Below the pieces are notes generated by a model. The model searched no databases, was not told the origin of the DNA, and was given only the letters and a program-made list of their open reading frames with translations. Below, one piece after another: positions 1 through 8,403 of a DNA stretch of 64,000 nt. This stretch comes from Nitrospirota bacterium (lineage in GTDB: Bacteria; Nitrospirota; Thermodesulfovibrionia; Thermodesulfovibrionales; SM23-35), in NCBI GenBank assembly GCA_040756135.1, contig JBFLZS010000004.1:7469-71468 (forward strand), given 5' to 3'. Made by a program: the position numbers and the translations under genes. Within the stretch, counting starts at the first letter, position 1. The number at the start of each line of letters is the position of its first letter.

Positions 1-166
1 CACAGGAAGACTTCCCGCATTTTCTGGCCATTTCATAGACATTGCCCTTGACCAAGGCGCCACGTCCGAATACAACCTTAACAGAGCGCTTTAATTCTTC
101 CAGAAGACGCTGCAAGTCCTGCCGAAGACGGCTGAGAGTTTCAATATCTGTCCTTCTTGCCTGCAT
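1..166 (-). CDS. partial hypothetical protein (N-terminal part only, runs off left edge); CGKxxC motif, DUF6788-like by recall
   Basis: ATG at 166..164 read leftwards gives MQARRTDIETLSRLRQDLQRLLEELKRSVKVVFGRGALVKGNVYEMARKCGKSSC and stays open to position 1. It is absent from the ORF track because it is truncated. Confidence 0.35.
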   Translation of the reverse strand, partial: MQARRTDIETLSRLRQDLQRLLEELKRSVKVVFGRGALVKGNVYEMARKCGKSSC

Positions 167-306
167 GTTATATATATTAATAGCATACAGACTTAGAAAA
201 AGTCCAGAGAAAAATGATGGGCTTAGAGAAATATAACGATTAGATACTTGTCGAGTGTGCACTGCCGAAGAAATATTGACTACTCTTCCCACTGTCTGAA
301 TTGCAG

Positions 307-2943
307 CTACGCTTCCACCTCTGCAACCGCCTCCTTCCTGAATACAATCTTATTGTCTTCAAAATCAACCTCGATCATATCCCCTTCATTAAATGTCCTG
401 TCAAGGATCTTCATCGCAAGGGGATTTAATATCTCTCTTTGCAGTGACCTCTTCAATGGCCTTGCTCCATAAACAGGGTCAAAGCCAATATCTGCAAAAT
501 ACTCCTTAGCACTATCTGTCAGCTTTAGGTCAACATTCTTCTCTTTTATGAATCTCTTCATCCTGTTCACCTGTATCTCCACAATCTGTTTTAGGAGCTC
601 TCTGGTCAGCGGGTTAAAGATGATTATCTCATCAACCCTGTTTAAGAATTCAGGCCTGAAGAATGTTTTAAGGTCTTCCATAATCTTTTCCTTCAACTCA
701 GCATCGCTGGCGACCCAGTAAGCAGACGGCTTCTTTGCCCTTTCTTCAAGCATCTCCTGTATATGTGTACCACCTATATTCGACGTCATAATAACCACCG
801 TATTTCTGAAATCAATTGTCCTTCCGTGGCTGTCAGTAAGCCTTCCATCGTCAAGGAGTTGTAACAGAAGATTGAATACCTCTGGATGGGCCTTTTCAAC
901 CTCATCAAACAGGATTACAGAATAAGGCTTCCTCCTTACAGCCTCAGTGAGCTGTCCACCTTCTTCATACCCTATATATCCAGGGGGTGCGCCGATAAGT
1001 CTTGATACTGTATGCCTTTCCTGATATTCAGACATATCTATTCTTATCATTGCGTTTTCGTCGTCGAATAAGAATTCCGCAAGTGCCTTTGCAAGCTCTG
1101 TTTTACCAACACCTGTTGGGCCGAGGAAGACAAATGAGCCGAGTGGTCTGTTCGGATCTTGAATTCCCGCACGAGCCCTTCTAACCGCATTTGATACCGC
1201 CTCAATTGCCTCATCCTGTCCAACAACCCTTTGCCTCAATCGCTCATCCATATGAATAAGCTTTTGGACCTCTCCCTCGAGCATTCTGCTCACAGGTATA
1301 CCAGTCCACTTAGAAACCACCTCTGCAATATCCTCCTCGTCCACCTCTTCTTTTAGCATTTTCCTCTTCTTCTGAGCCTCGAGAAGCTTTTTATTTTCAC
1401 TTTCAAGTGCCCTCTGGAGTTCAAGTAATTTTCCGTATCTGAGTTCTGCCGCCTTTGTCAGGTCTCCTTCACGCTCCGCCCTTTCTGACTCTATCTTTGT
1501 CTTTTCGATCTGCTCTTTGTGTTCCCGTATCTTTGCTATAATTTCTTTTTCACTCATCCATTGAGCTCGTAGTTCATCACGCCTCACCTGGAGCTCAGCC
1601 ATTTCCTTCGTTATCTTTTGGAGCTTATCCTTAGATTCTTTTGAATCCTCCCTCATCATTGCCTGCTTTTCTATCTCGTGCTGGCGTAACTTTCTTTCGA
1701 TCTCATCAAGCTCTACAGGCATGCTGTCTATCTCCATCCTGAGTTTTGACGCAGCTTCATCAATAAGGTCAATTGCCTTATCAGGAAGGAACCTGTCTGT
1801 AATGTATCTGTTTGAAAGAACCGCAGCAGAAATCAATGCAGAGTCCTTAATCTTAACTCCGTGATGAACCTCGTATCTTTCCTTAAGACCACGAAGTATT
1901 GATATCGTATCTTCAACACTCGGCTCCTTAATAAGGATGGGCTGGAACCTCCTTTCGAGCGCAGGGTCCTTTTCTATATGCTTTCTGTATTCATCAATAG
2001 TCGTTGCACCAATGCACCTGAGATCCCCCCTCGCAAGGGGAGGCTTTAGTATGTTTGATGCATCGATTGCACCTTCTGCTGCACCAGCACCCACAATAGT
2101 GTGAAGCTCATCTATGAATAAAATGACCTTTCCTTCTGCCTGCTCAATCTCCTTCAAGACCGCCTTTAGCCGTTCCTCAAATTCCCCCCTGAATTTTGTG
2201 CCGGCAACAATTGCACCCATATCAAGCGCAACCACCCTTTTGTCCTTTAATGTCTCTGGCACGTCACCTGCAACTATCCTCTGTGCAAGACCTTCTGCGA
2301 TAGCGGTCTTACCCACACCAGCCTCACCGATAATCACAGGATTGTTTTTTGTCCTTCTTGATAGAACCTGTATTATTCTCCTTATCTCATCATCTCTACC
2401 AATAACAGGGTCAAGCCTTCCCTTTTTTGCAAGCTCCGTGAGGTCACGGCTGTATCTCTTAAGCGCTTGATATTTTTCTTCAGGAGTTGGGTCTGTCACA
2501 CGCTGTGCACCCCTTATCTCCCTCATAGCTGAAAGGACTTTATCAGCAGATGCCCCATATCTTTTTAAGAGGTCTGAACATGGCCCGCCTATTGATATAA
2601 GCGAAAGTAGTAAATGTTCAACGCTCACATATTCATCAGTGAAGTGCTCTGCCTCTTTAGAAGCATTTTCAAATACCTCTTTCAATCTCGGCGATATATA
2701 TATCTGTCCTAAAGGCGTTGCAGCTATAACCTTCGGGAACTTGTCAATTATCTCTTCTGCATCCTTTTGCAGCGCTTTAGTATTAATCCCGAGCCTTTTG
2801 AGTATCTGAGAAGCAACACCTTCTTCGTCCTCAAGCAGTGCCCAGAGCAGATGTTCAGCATCAAGCTGCTGATTGCCCTTTTTCTCTGTAAGCTTCTGTG
2901 CTTCTTGTATCGCCTCCTGACTTTTTATTGTAAATTTATCCAT
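307..2943 (-). CDS. clpB: ATP-dependent chaperone/disaggregase ClpB
   Basis: 878 aa with two AAA+ modules (Walker [11 protein letters not shown] and [10 protein letters not shown]), a long coiled-coil middle domain and an N-terminal Clp-N repeat region. Confidence 0.97.
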   Translation of the reverse strand: MDKFTIKSQEAIQEAQKLTEKKGNQQLDAEHLLWALLEDEEGVASQILKRLGINTKALQKDAEEIIDKFPKVIAATPLGQIYISPRLKEVFENASKEAEHFTDEYVSVEHLLLSLISIGGPCSDLLKRYGASADKVLSAMREIRGAQRVTDPTPEEKYQALKRYSRDLTELAKKGRLDPVIGRDDEIRRIIQVLSRRTKNNPVIIGEAGVGKTAIAEGLAQRIVAGDVPETLKDKRVVALDMGAIVAGTKFRGEFEERLKAVLKEIEQAEGKVILFIDELHTIVGAGAAEGAIDASNILKPPLARGDLRCIGATTIDEYRKHIEKDPALERRFQPILIKEPSVEDTISILRGLKERYEVHHGVKIKDSALISAAVLSNRYITDRFLPDKAIDLIDEAASKLRMEIDSMPVELDEIERKLRQHEIEKQAMMREDSKESKDKLQKITKEMAELQVRRDELRAQWMSEKEIIAKIREHKEQIEKTKIESERAEREGDLTKAAELRYGKLLELQRALESENKKLLEAQKKRKMLKEEVDEEDIAEVVSKWTGIPVSRMLEGEVQKLIHMDERLRQRVVGQDEAIEAVSNAVRRARAGIQDPNRPLGSFVFLGPTGVGKTELAKALAEFLFDDENAMIRIDMSEYQERHTVSRLIGAPPGYIGYEEGGQLTEAVRRKPYSVILFDEVEKAHPEVFNLLLQLLDDGRLTDSHGRTIDFRNTVVIMTSNIGGTHIQEMLEERAKKPSAYWVASDAELKEKIMEDLKTFFRPEFLNRVDEIIIFNPLTRELLKQIVEIQVNRMKRFIKEKNVDLKLTDSAKEYFADIGFDPVYGARPLKRSLQREILNPLAMKILDRTFNEGDMIEVDFEDNKIVFRKEAVAEVEA

Positions 2944-2971
2944 TATTTAAAACCCTCCTTATTCTTACCTC

Positions 2972-3319
2972 TTACTCCTCTGAAAAAATCCTCTTAAACC
3001 TCTCAACAAAATCCCTTCTCATATCATCTTCAAGAAGGCTCATCATCTCTTCCATTTCTCTTTGAATTGCCTCGAGCCTTTGCTTCATTCTGAGTATTAC
3101 TTCGACTCCTGCCTTGTTTACCCCAAGTTCTCTCGTGAGTCTGAGAATCATATCAAGCCTCTCAACATCTTCTTCTGAATAGAGCCTCAGCCTGTGTGTT
3201 CGCTTTGGTGTTACAAGACCTTCTCTCTCATATAACCTCAGCGTCTGTGGATGCACATTTAGCATTTTGGCCACAACGCTTATCATGTATAAAGGTTGTT
3301 TTTTATCTTTTATAGCCAT
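2972..3319 (-). CDS. hspR: MerR-family heat-shock repressor HspR
   Basis: 115 aa with a MerR-type HTH (YMISVVAKMLNVHPQTLRLYEREGLVTP). It lies between dnaJ and clpB, and its start overlaps the dnaJ stop by 1 nt. Confidence 0.85.
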   Translation of the reverse strand: MAIKDKKQPLYMISVVAKMLNVHPQTLRLYEREGLVTPKRTHRLRLYSEEDVERLDMILRLTRELGVNKAGVEVILRMKQRLEAIQREMEEMMSLLEDDMRRDFVERFKRIFSEE

Positions 3320-4410
3320 TACTTGCTTACCATCCCTTTCCGAGGGCTTTCCCTGTAAAGAGACTCTATCTCTTTTATAGCCTCTTTGGCCTTACTGGTA
3401 ATGTCCTTTGGTACCACTATCTTTATAACGACGTACTGGTTACCTCTTACCCCGGTCTTTGGCGAAGGGAAACCCTTCCCTGAAAGTTTAAACCTCTGAC
3501 CACCCTGTGTGCCCGGTGGCAGAGTCATAGCTGCTACTCCATCTAATGTAGGAACCTCGACCTTTGCTCCGAGTGCGGTCTCACCAAAGGTAACAGGCAG
3601 ATCAATATAGACATCATCCCCTTTTCTTTTAAATATCGGATGGGGTCTTACAGTGATTTCTATATGGAGGTCTCCAGCAGGGCCACCACCAACGCCAGCA
3701 CCGCCCATGCCCCTTAATTTAACCCTGGAACCAGTATCAACGCCGGCCGGAATTTTTACTTTTATTGTTTCTGTCTGTAATATTTTCCCTTTTCCTCCAC
3801 AGGAACGGCAAACCTTTGTTACCTTCCTTCCGGTACCCCTGCAGTCAGGACATGGCTGGGACATCCTGAAAAAACCCTTTGAGGTTTTCAAGCTTCCCGT
3901 GCCCTTACATGTATCACATACCTGTGAAGACTCGGCTCCTGAACCATTACATGACGCACACGTGACTTCCCTGTTAAATGTGATAGGCTTTGTTACGCCG
4001 GAGAAAGCCTCTTCGAGGGAAAGCTCAAGGCCCATGACCATATCGGGTCCCTTTGCATATGCAGCCTCTGGTCCTGCCCTGGCACCAAAGAGATCTGAAA
4101 AGAAATCACCAAGGCCACCGAGATCAAAACTTTCCTTGAAATCATAAGTCTTGGCTCTTTCAAACCAGGGGCCTTCGCCCTCAAATGGAGAACGGCCAAA
4201 CTGATCATATTCAGCCCTCTTTTTCGGGTCACTCAGGACCTCGTATGCCTCATTGAGTTCTTTGAATTTCTGTTCTGCTGTCTTGTCGCCAGGATTAAGG
4301 TCAGGGTGATATTTGCGCGCAAGTCTTCTGTATGCCTTCTTTATCTCATCCTGTGAAGCACTTTTACTTACACCAAGGATATTATAGTAATCTTTTACAG
4401 CAGGAGCCAT
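3319..4410 (-). CDS. dnaJ: co-chaperone DnaJ (type I, with zinc finger)
   Basis: J domain with HPD ([15 protein letters not shown]), four CxxCxGxG repeats ([32 protein letters not shown]) and a C-terminal client-binding domain. Confidence 0.9.
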   Translation of the reverse strand: MAPAVKDYYNILGVSKSASQDEIKKAYRRLARKYHPDLNPGDKTAEQKFKELNEAYEVLSDPKKRAEYDQFGRSPFEGEGPWFERAKTYDFKESFDLGGLGDFFSDLFGARAGPEAAYAKGPDMVMGLELSLEEAFSGVTKPITFNREVTCASCNGSGAESSQVCDTCKGTGSLKTSKGFFRMSQPCPDCRGTGRKVTKVCRSCGGKGKILQTETIKVKIPAGVDTGSRVKLRGMGGAGVGGGPAGDLHIEITVRPHPIFKRKGDDVYIDLPVTFGETALGAKVEVPTLDGVAAMTLPPGTQGGQRFKLSGKGFPSPKTGVRGNQYVVIKIVVPKDITSKAKEAIKEIESLYRESPRKGMVSK

Positions 4411-4431
4411 CCTTACCTTCCTTTATTTCAT

Positions 4432-4460
4432 ATCATATTAACTTAGTCAATTTTTGTCAA
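4432..4460 (-). promoter_or_regulatory. candidate sigma70-type promoter of dnaJ-hspR-clpB overlapping a HAIR-like inverted repeat
   Basis: On the minus strand: TTGACA (4460..4455), 17 nt, TATGAT (4437..4432), shortly upstream of the AAGGAAGG RBS. The overlapping CTTGACA-N7-ACTAAGT resembles the HspR operator CTTGAGT-N7-ACTCAAG. Confidence 0.4.
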
Positions 4461-4570
4461 GTACTTTGTTATGAGTGTTGCGTAAATATCATTCTTGCAC
4501 TATTTGTAAAAATCATAATTGCACATGTTACTAAGGAGACCATAAGTAAGAGCACATTGCTTATGTTTCC

Positions 4571-4646
4571 GTCATTCCCGCAGTTCTTAAGCGGGAATCC
4601 AGTCTTTTCTTTGGTTTTTCTGGATTCCTGCCTTCGCAGGAATGAC
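4571..4646. repeat. GTCATTCC hairpin doublet (family B)
   Basis: GTCATTCCCGCagttcttaaGCGGGAATCCAG, a spacer, then CTGGATTCCTGCcttcGCAGGAATGAC. The same architecture occurs at 44003, 59001 and inside the 168-bp elements. Confidence 0.7.
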
Positions 4647-4871
4647 ACAATAAACATGTCCCTGCAGGCTTTAAGCAGGGAGAGTAAGAACTTTACCTAA
4701 CAATATGTACACCAATGATTTCCCATATGTACACAAATGATTTTTCCGTAACAGTATTTTGTTATGAGAAGAAGATTAAATAATAATTTGGGTAAAAGTC
4801 ATGGGGTACCTTTGGAAGGGTAAAAAGGAACCATCCCTGTAGAAAAAGAAGCAGTTCTGATTATTTCAACC

Positions 4872-5864
4872 TTACTCGAGTCTTAATACGTCTCCTTTCT
4901 TTAACGTGGTTACACCGGATTTAGGATAACCGATTGAGAACTTATCCTGCACGGTTTTTACCTCAACCAAACCTACCATCTTTTCCTCCTGACCGAGCAC
5001 AAGGTTCGTATCAGGGTCTATGATAGCCTCGCCCACAGAATATGCCTTAAAAACCATTCCCGGCTTTATGTTCAGATTTGATCCTGCATTGATATAGACG
5101 TTCTCTCCCATTACCTTTATTACCTTTGCAGAGAATGGTATTGCTTCCATTTTTGATATAATAAAATTCACACAATCAGAGATTGCCTGCCTCGTTGCCT
5201 GACCAAGAGGAGTTTTCTTAAAGCCTTCTGCATTAAAATCTACTTGTCCCCTTGCGATACCAACACCGACACCAGAAGCCTCTGCGTGTCCAGTTGCATT
5301 ATGGGAATACAACACCTGCCCAGTTGTTGTATCAATTAGTCTTATATCAACAGCCACATGGGCGCTGGAAGTTTTTACGCCGAGCCTGAAGCCCGCGATA
5401 CCAATACCGCCTCCTCCACCAGATTCTGCCATATCAAATTCTGATACCACGCCTCTTAAGATTATCTGTGCTCCTAAGAGTTCACCCACCTTAGCAGCAG
5501 ACTCCTGTTTCACTAAACCTGTCTGGCCGAGTTCCTGCTCTCCTATGACATCTTGCAATACCTGTCTTTCTACTACTATGAACCTTCCGGTCTTCATGAG
5601 TTCTGTTGTAAGCATCTCTGCAAATCCTTCTCCAAGCTTCCAGTTCCCATATACACCGGTTACCTTGTTCTCGAACCTTGTCACTGCAACCCTTTTTTTG
5701 GGTCCATAATAAGGTGGATAAACAGGCCCAATAGGTTGAGCAGATTCCTTCTCCACAGTGCTTTCTTTTTCTTCCTCCATTGCAGACTGGTCAAAAGCAT
5801 ATGTGAATTTAACAGTAAAAGCCGACAACAGAATTACTAAAATACATATGTATTTCTTGAGCAT
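4872..5864 (-). CDS. CsgG-family (curli-type secretion channel) lipoprotein-like protein with extra C-terminal beta domain
   Basis: 330 aa with a signal peptide and CsgG-like core motifs (RVAVTRFENK, FAEMLTTELMKTGRFIVVERQ, LGAQIILRGVVSEF). Confidence 0.7.
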   Translation of the reverse strand: MLKKYICILVILLSAFTVKFTYAFDQSAMEEEKESTVEKESAQPIGPVYPPYYGPKKRVAVTRFENKVTGVYGNWKLGEGFAEMLTTELMKTGRFIVVERQVLQDVIGEQELGQTGLVKQESAAKVGELLGAQIILRGVVSEFDMAESGGGGGIGIAGFRLGVKTSSAHVAVDIRLIDTTTGQVLYSHNATGHAEASGVGVGIARGQVDFNAEGFKKTPLGQATRQAISDCVNFIISKMEAIPFSAKVIKVMGENVYINAGSNLNIKPGMVFKAYSVGEAIIDPDTNLVLGQEEKMVGLVEVKTVQDKFSIGYPKSGVTTLKKGDVLRLE

Positions 5865-6094
5865 AGTCTTTACCCCCGTATTAAAAAATTTCGTGTTATA
5901 AAATAAATATTACCATAGTTTAACCCAAATTACGCAAGGTTAAATAAAATACTCGTTATTTGTCATTCTGAACTTGTTTCAGAATCTCCTACTGTCATTT
6001 CCTTCCCATCCTTTAAGGAAGAAAGCATATTGTCATATTATCACAAAATACCAATTTATATGCGCTGGGCGCTTCGCCGCCGGTGCGCAGATAG

Positions 6095-6295
6095 ATAATA
6101 AAAATTCATAAAGAACGGTTATTCGTAGACACTGCATTATGTGAAAAATGCAAATCAACTGCGATTGTGTATGACATTGATTTGCTTGATCAAGATTTAA
6201 TTTCTGAAGCTTCGAAAATTACAAGAAAATCAGAAGCTCAAATCAAAAATGACTTAAAAAATGTTTACGAAATATTAAATAGAATAAAAGCCTAA
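6095..6295 (+). pseudogene. cassette ORF remnant without canonical start
   Basis: A 66-codon open frame (..CEKCKSTAIVYDIDLLDQDLISEASKITRKSEAQIKNDLKNVYEILNRIKA*) with no in-frame ATG. Its stop TAA lies inside the first attC-like site. Confidence 0.3.
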
Positions 6296-6345
6296 CGAAT
6301 CACTCCAGCGGATGGCTTTACAGCCACCGCTGATTTAAGTTGGCC
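6290..6345 (+). repeat. attC-like recombination site candidate 1
   Basis: GCCTAAC (fits RYYYAAC) ..cagcgg atggc tttaca gccac ccgctg.. GTTGGCC. It is an imperfect bulged hairpin of 56 bp placed at the 3' end of an ORF. Confidence 0.5.
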
Positions 6346-6360
6346 ATAATATAGAAGATA

Positions 6361-6795
6361 ATGATTCTGACGCTGACCATTGAGTGTATTTGGGGTGCTT
6401 ACCTGAAAGAGCCCTGTATTCGCGTAATTGAAATAGAGGAAAACGCAAGTCTCTATGAGTTACACGATGCGATTCAAGATACTGTTAATTTTGGGCGGGA
6501 TCATCCCTTTGAATTCTACTTAGCAAACAGTTCATCACCTCAGGCCCATAAATAATGGCTAACCGAAAAAGACGAATGGGAGGATAAGGAAGATGACTTT
6601 TATAGGATCAGGCTGACAGACATCTGGCCCACTGGCCGGAAGAAACTGTACTATCTATTCGATTTTGGGGACAACTGGACCTTTGAAATCCACAAAGAAC
6701 GGGGAGTAAGAGTGCCTGAGCCCGGAGTTAAATATCCAAGACTGATAAAAGCAATTGGTCCCAATCCAGAACAATATCCGAGATTTGAAGAATGA
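6361..6795 (+). pseudogene. pRiA4b ORF-3-like family protein interrupted by an in-frame TAA
   Basis: The frame-1 ORF stops at TAA 6553..6555 and continues in the same frame to TGA 6793..6795. The downstream part carries the family signature YLFDFGDNWTFEI. Confidence 0.7.
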
Positions 6796-6805
6796 ATGAG
6801 AAAAT

Positions 6806-6873
6806 GGCCAACATGGCCATGCACCGGATCGGCAAGAAACGGCTCTTGCCTCCCGGTTATGGCCATGTTATGC
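6806..6873 (+). repeat. attC-like recombination site candidate 2
   Basis: GGCCAAC, then outer stem AACATGGCCATgcACCGG / CCGGttATGGCCATGTT, with an inner perfect 7-bp hairpin GGCAAGA-N6-TCTTGCC, ending GTTATGC. It starts 11 bp after the upstream stop codon. Confidence 0.5.
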
Positions 6874-7076
6874 GATCAACGACATTTGGAGTCTGATGAA
6901 AAAGAAATAGTTGCCAATTTAAACAACATAATAAAGTAAAAGGAAATAAGAAAATAAATGCCTAACCACTCGCTCAAGAGGGACGCAGGACCGGCCGCCA
7001 TTTTTTTTCATCCCCGGTGTCAGTGCACCGCGCCCCTTAGCTCAGTCATCAAGATAAAGTAGATAAGGAGGGTATC

Positions 7077-7517
7077 ATGAAAACAGCGCCTTTAATTTTA
7101 GTCTTATCTCTTCTCATCCTTTTTTCCTATTCAGAAGCATTCAGTGCCAATCCCGCGCCTTACACTGAAGAGGCATACAAAAAAATTGAAGCAGAAGCGA
7201 AAATGAATAAGTCTATCTATGATGCAAATTTATCAAAAGAAGAAAATTTAAGAAAAACTGTAGAATTATTCCGTAGTATATATTCGAAGGCTGGCTATAA
7301 TTATGATGATACTATAATCAAAGTAGTTGATGATATGCGACATCATCCCGAACGCATTCCAAATAATCCATATTCTGTCCCAACAATGATATATGTTGGA
7401 GTACACATAATGATGTCCGAGTGCAATTACGTAAATGTGGATTGTCTGAAATTTTTTTCGTCTGATACTGCGGAAGCAATTATTTGGCTAATAAAAAATA
7501 CTGAGTTCAAGTTTTAG
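7077..7517 (+). CDS. hypothetical secreted protein (cassette ORF)
   Basis: 146 aa with a signal peptide (MKTAPLILVLSLLILFSYSEAFSA) and the RBS AAGGAGGG 5-12 nt upstream. No family was recognised. Confidence 0.6.
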   Translation: MKTAPLILVLSLLILFSYSEAFSANPAPYTEEAYKKIEAEAKMNKSIYDANLSKEENLRKTVELFRSIYSKAGYNYDDTIIKVVDDMRHHPERIPNNPYSVPTMIYVGVHIMMSECNYVNVDCLKFFSSDTAEAIIWLIKNTEFKF

Positions 7518-7710
7518 CGGTATATGACAGTTTGAGGAGTATCTTATCATATCTGAATGGGAAGGCATAACACGTCAATCAAGGCGATGGGGGATAAGCC
7601 TCTGCGGGTTTGCAAAAGTGCTTGCACCTGAATTTCTGTACGACAAAATGAAAGTCCTGGCATACGAATCAAGCCCGGAATAAGCCTGCTTTCAATAACA
7701 GCATCATAAG

Positions 7711-7739
7711 TTGACTTCAAGATTAATGTGGGTTATTAT
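7711..7739 (+). promoter_or_regulatory. candidate promoter of the RHH/MazF toxin-antitoxin pair
   Basis: TTGACT (7711..7716), 17 nt, TATTAT (7734..7739), located 34 nt upstream of the antitoxin ATG. Confidence 0.4.
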
Positions 7740-7772
7740 AGCTATAAATATCCACATTATATGGAGGACATA

Positions 7773-8003
7773 ATGAGAACAATACAGATGACTTTAGATG
7801 ATGACCTGGTTGTGGCAGTAGATAATATTGTTAAAAAACTGAAGACATCTCGTTCCGCTTTTGCCCGTAAAGCATTAAAGGATGCTATCAAACAGGTGAA
7901 TATAAATATGCTCGAAAAGAAACATAAAAAAGGATATGAGCGTCATCCTGTTGGCAAAACGGAATTAAATGTTTGGGAGACAGAACAAGAGTGGGGTGAT
8001 TAA
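7773..8003 (+). CDS. ribbon-helix-helix (CopG/MazE-like) antitoxin
   Basis: MRTIQMTLDDDLVVAVDNIVKKLKTSRSAFARKALKDAI is a typical RHH. GGAGG lies 6 nt before ATG 7773, while the track start at 7728 is GTG. The stop overlaps the toxin start. Confidence 0.8.
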   Translation: MRTIQMTLDDDLVVAVDNIVKKLKTSRSAFARKALKDAIKQVNINMLEKKHKKGYERHPVGKTELNVWETEQEWGD

Positions 8004-8314
8004 TGAAGCGGGGTGATGTGAGATGGTACAAGTTCAAAACTCCTGACAAGAAACGGCCAGTGGTTATTCTAACAAGAAATTCTATACTGGATTATTTAGC
8101 TGAGGTTACAGTTGCTCCAATAACTTCAATAATACGCGACATACCAAGCGAAGTACCTTTATCCCGTGAAGACGGCATGCATAAAGATTGCGCTATTAAT
8201 TGTGACCACATACAGACGGTTTCAAAATCAAAAATTGGGGCATTAATTACTACTTTATCTAAAGAGAAGCTGCTTGGGCTTCGCAACGCAATAAGTTTCG
8301 CTTTAAATCTATAA
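8003..8314 (+). CDS. PemK/MazF-family endoribonuclease toxin
   Basis: 103 aa with RGDVRWYKF..KKRPVVILT..VTVAPITS, the MazF/PemK core. It overlaps the antitoxin gene by 1 nt (ATGA arrangement: the TAA stop of the antitoxin ends on the first base of the toxin ATG). Confidence 0.9.
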   Translation: MKRGDVRWYKFKTPDKKRPVVILTRNSILDYLAEVTVAPITSIIRDIPSEVPLSREDGMHKDCAINCDHIQTVSKSKIGALITTLSKEKLLGLRNAISFALNL

Positions 8315-8330
8315 CTTCAAATGGAGGAAG

Positions 8331-8383
8331 AGCCAACAAATCACTGAGCCGTGGCGTTCTGCCACTGCTTAGTTTAGTTGTTT
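8331..8383 (+). repeat. attC-like recombination site candidate 3 (sequence-related to candidate 1)
   Basis: AGCCAAC aaatcactgagc cgtggc gttct gccact gcttagttta GTTGTTT. It aligns with site 1 (AAC.AATCACT..AGC.G.TGGC-loop-GCCAC.GCT.A.TTTA.GTTG) and lies 17 bp after the mazF stop. Confidence 0.5.
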
Positions 8384-8403
8384 AAAAGCTGCTTTTCAGA
8401 TAT

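Noticed and set aside
4332-4700. ORFs 4332..4700 (+) and 4469..4657 (-). The same applies to 43927..44121 (-), 44081..44293 (+) and 44143..44340 (-).
   Set aside because: They are readings across family-B hairpin repeats and intergenic AT-rich DNA. Palindromic repeats generate open frames on both strands.
5865-6094. An integron integrase or attI upstream of the cassette-like array.
   Set aside because: No ORF of suitable size or tyrosine-recombinase motif is present. Only short repeats and a GC-rich imperfect palindrome (about 6061-6092) are seen. The array is therefore reported as integrase-less and with moderate confidence only.
6553-6555. Whether the in-frame stop in the pRiA4b-like gene is a recoding event.
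   Set aside because: The codon is TAA, not TGA (Sec) or TAG (Pyl), and no recoding element was seen. A pseudogene or a base-call error is the simpler explanation.
6651-6866. 71-aa minus-strand ORF.
   Set aside because: It overlaps the 3' part of the plus-strand pRiA4b-ORF3-like gene, which has a family signature. It also overlaps the attC-like palindrome, where palindromic sequence keeps both strands open.
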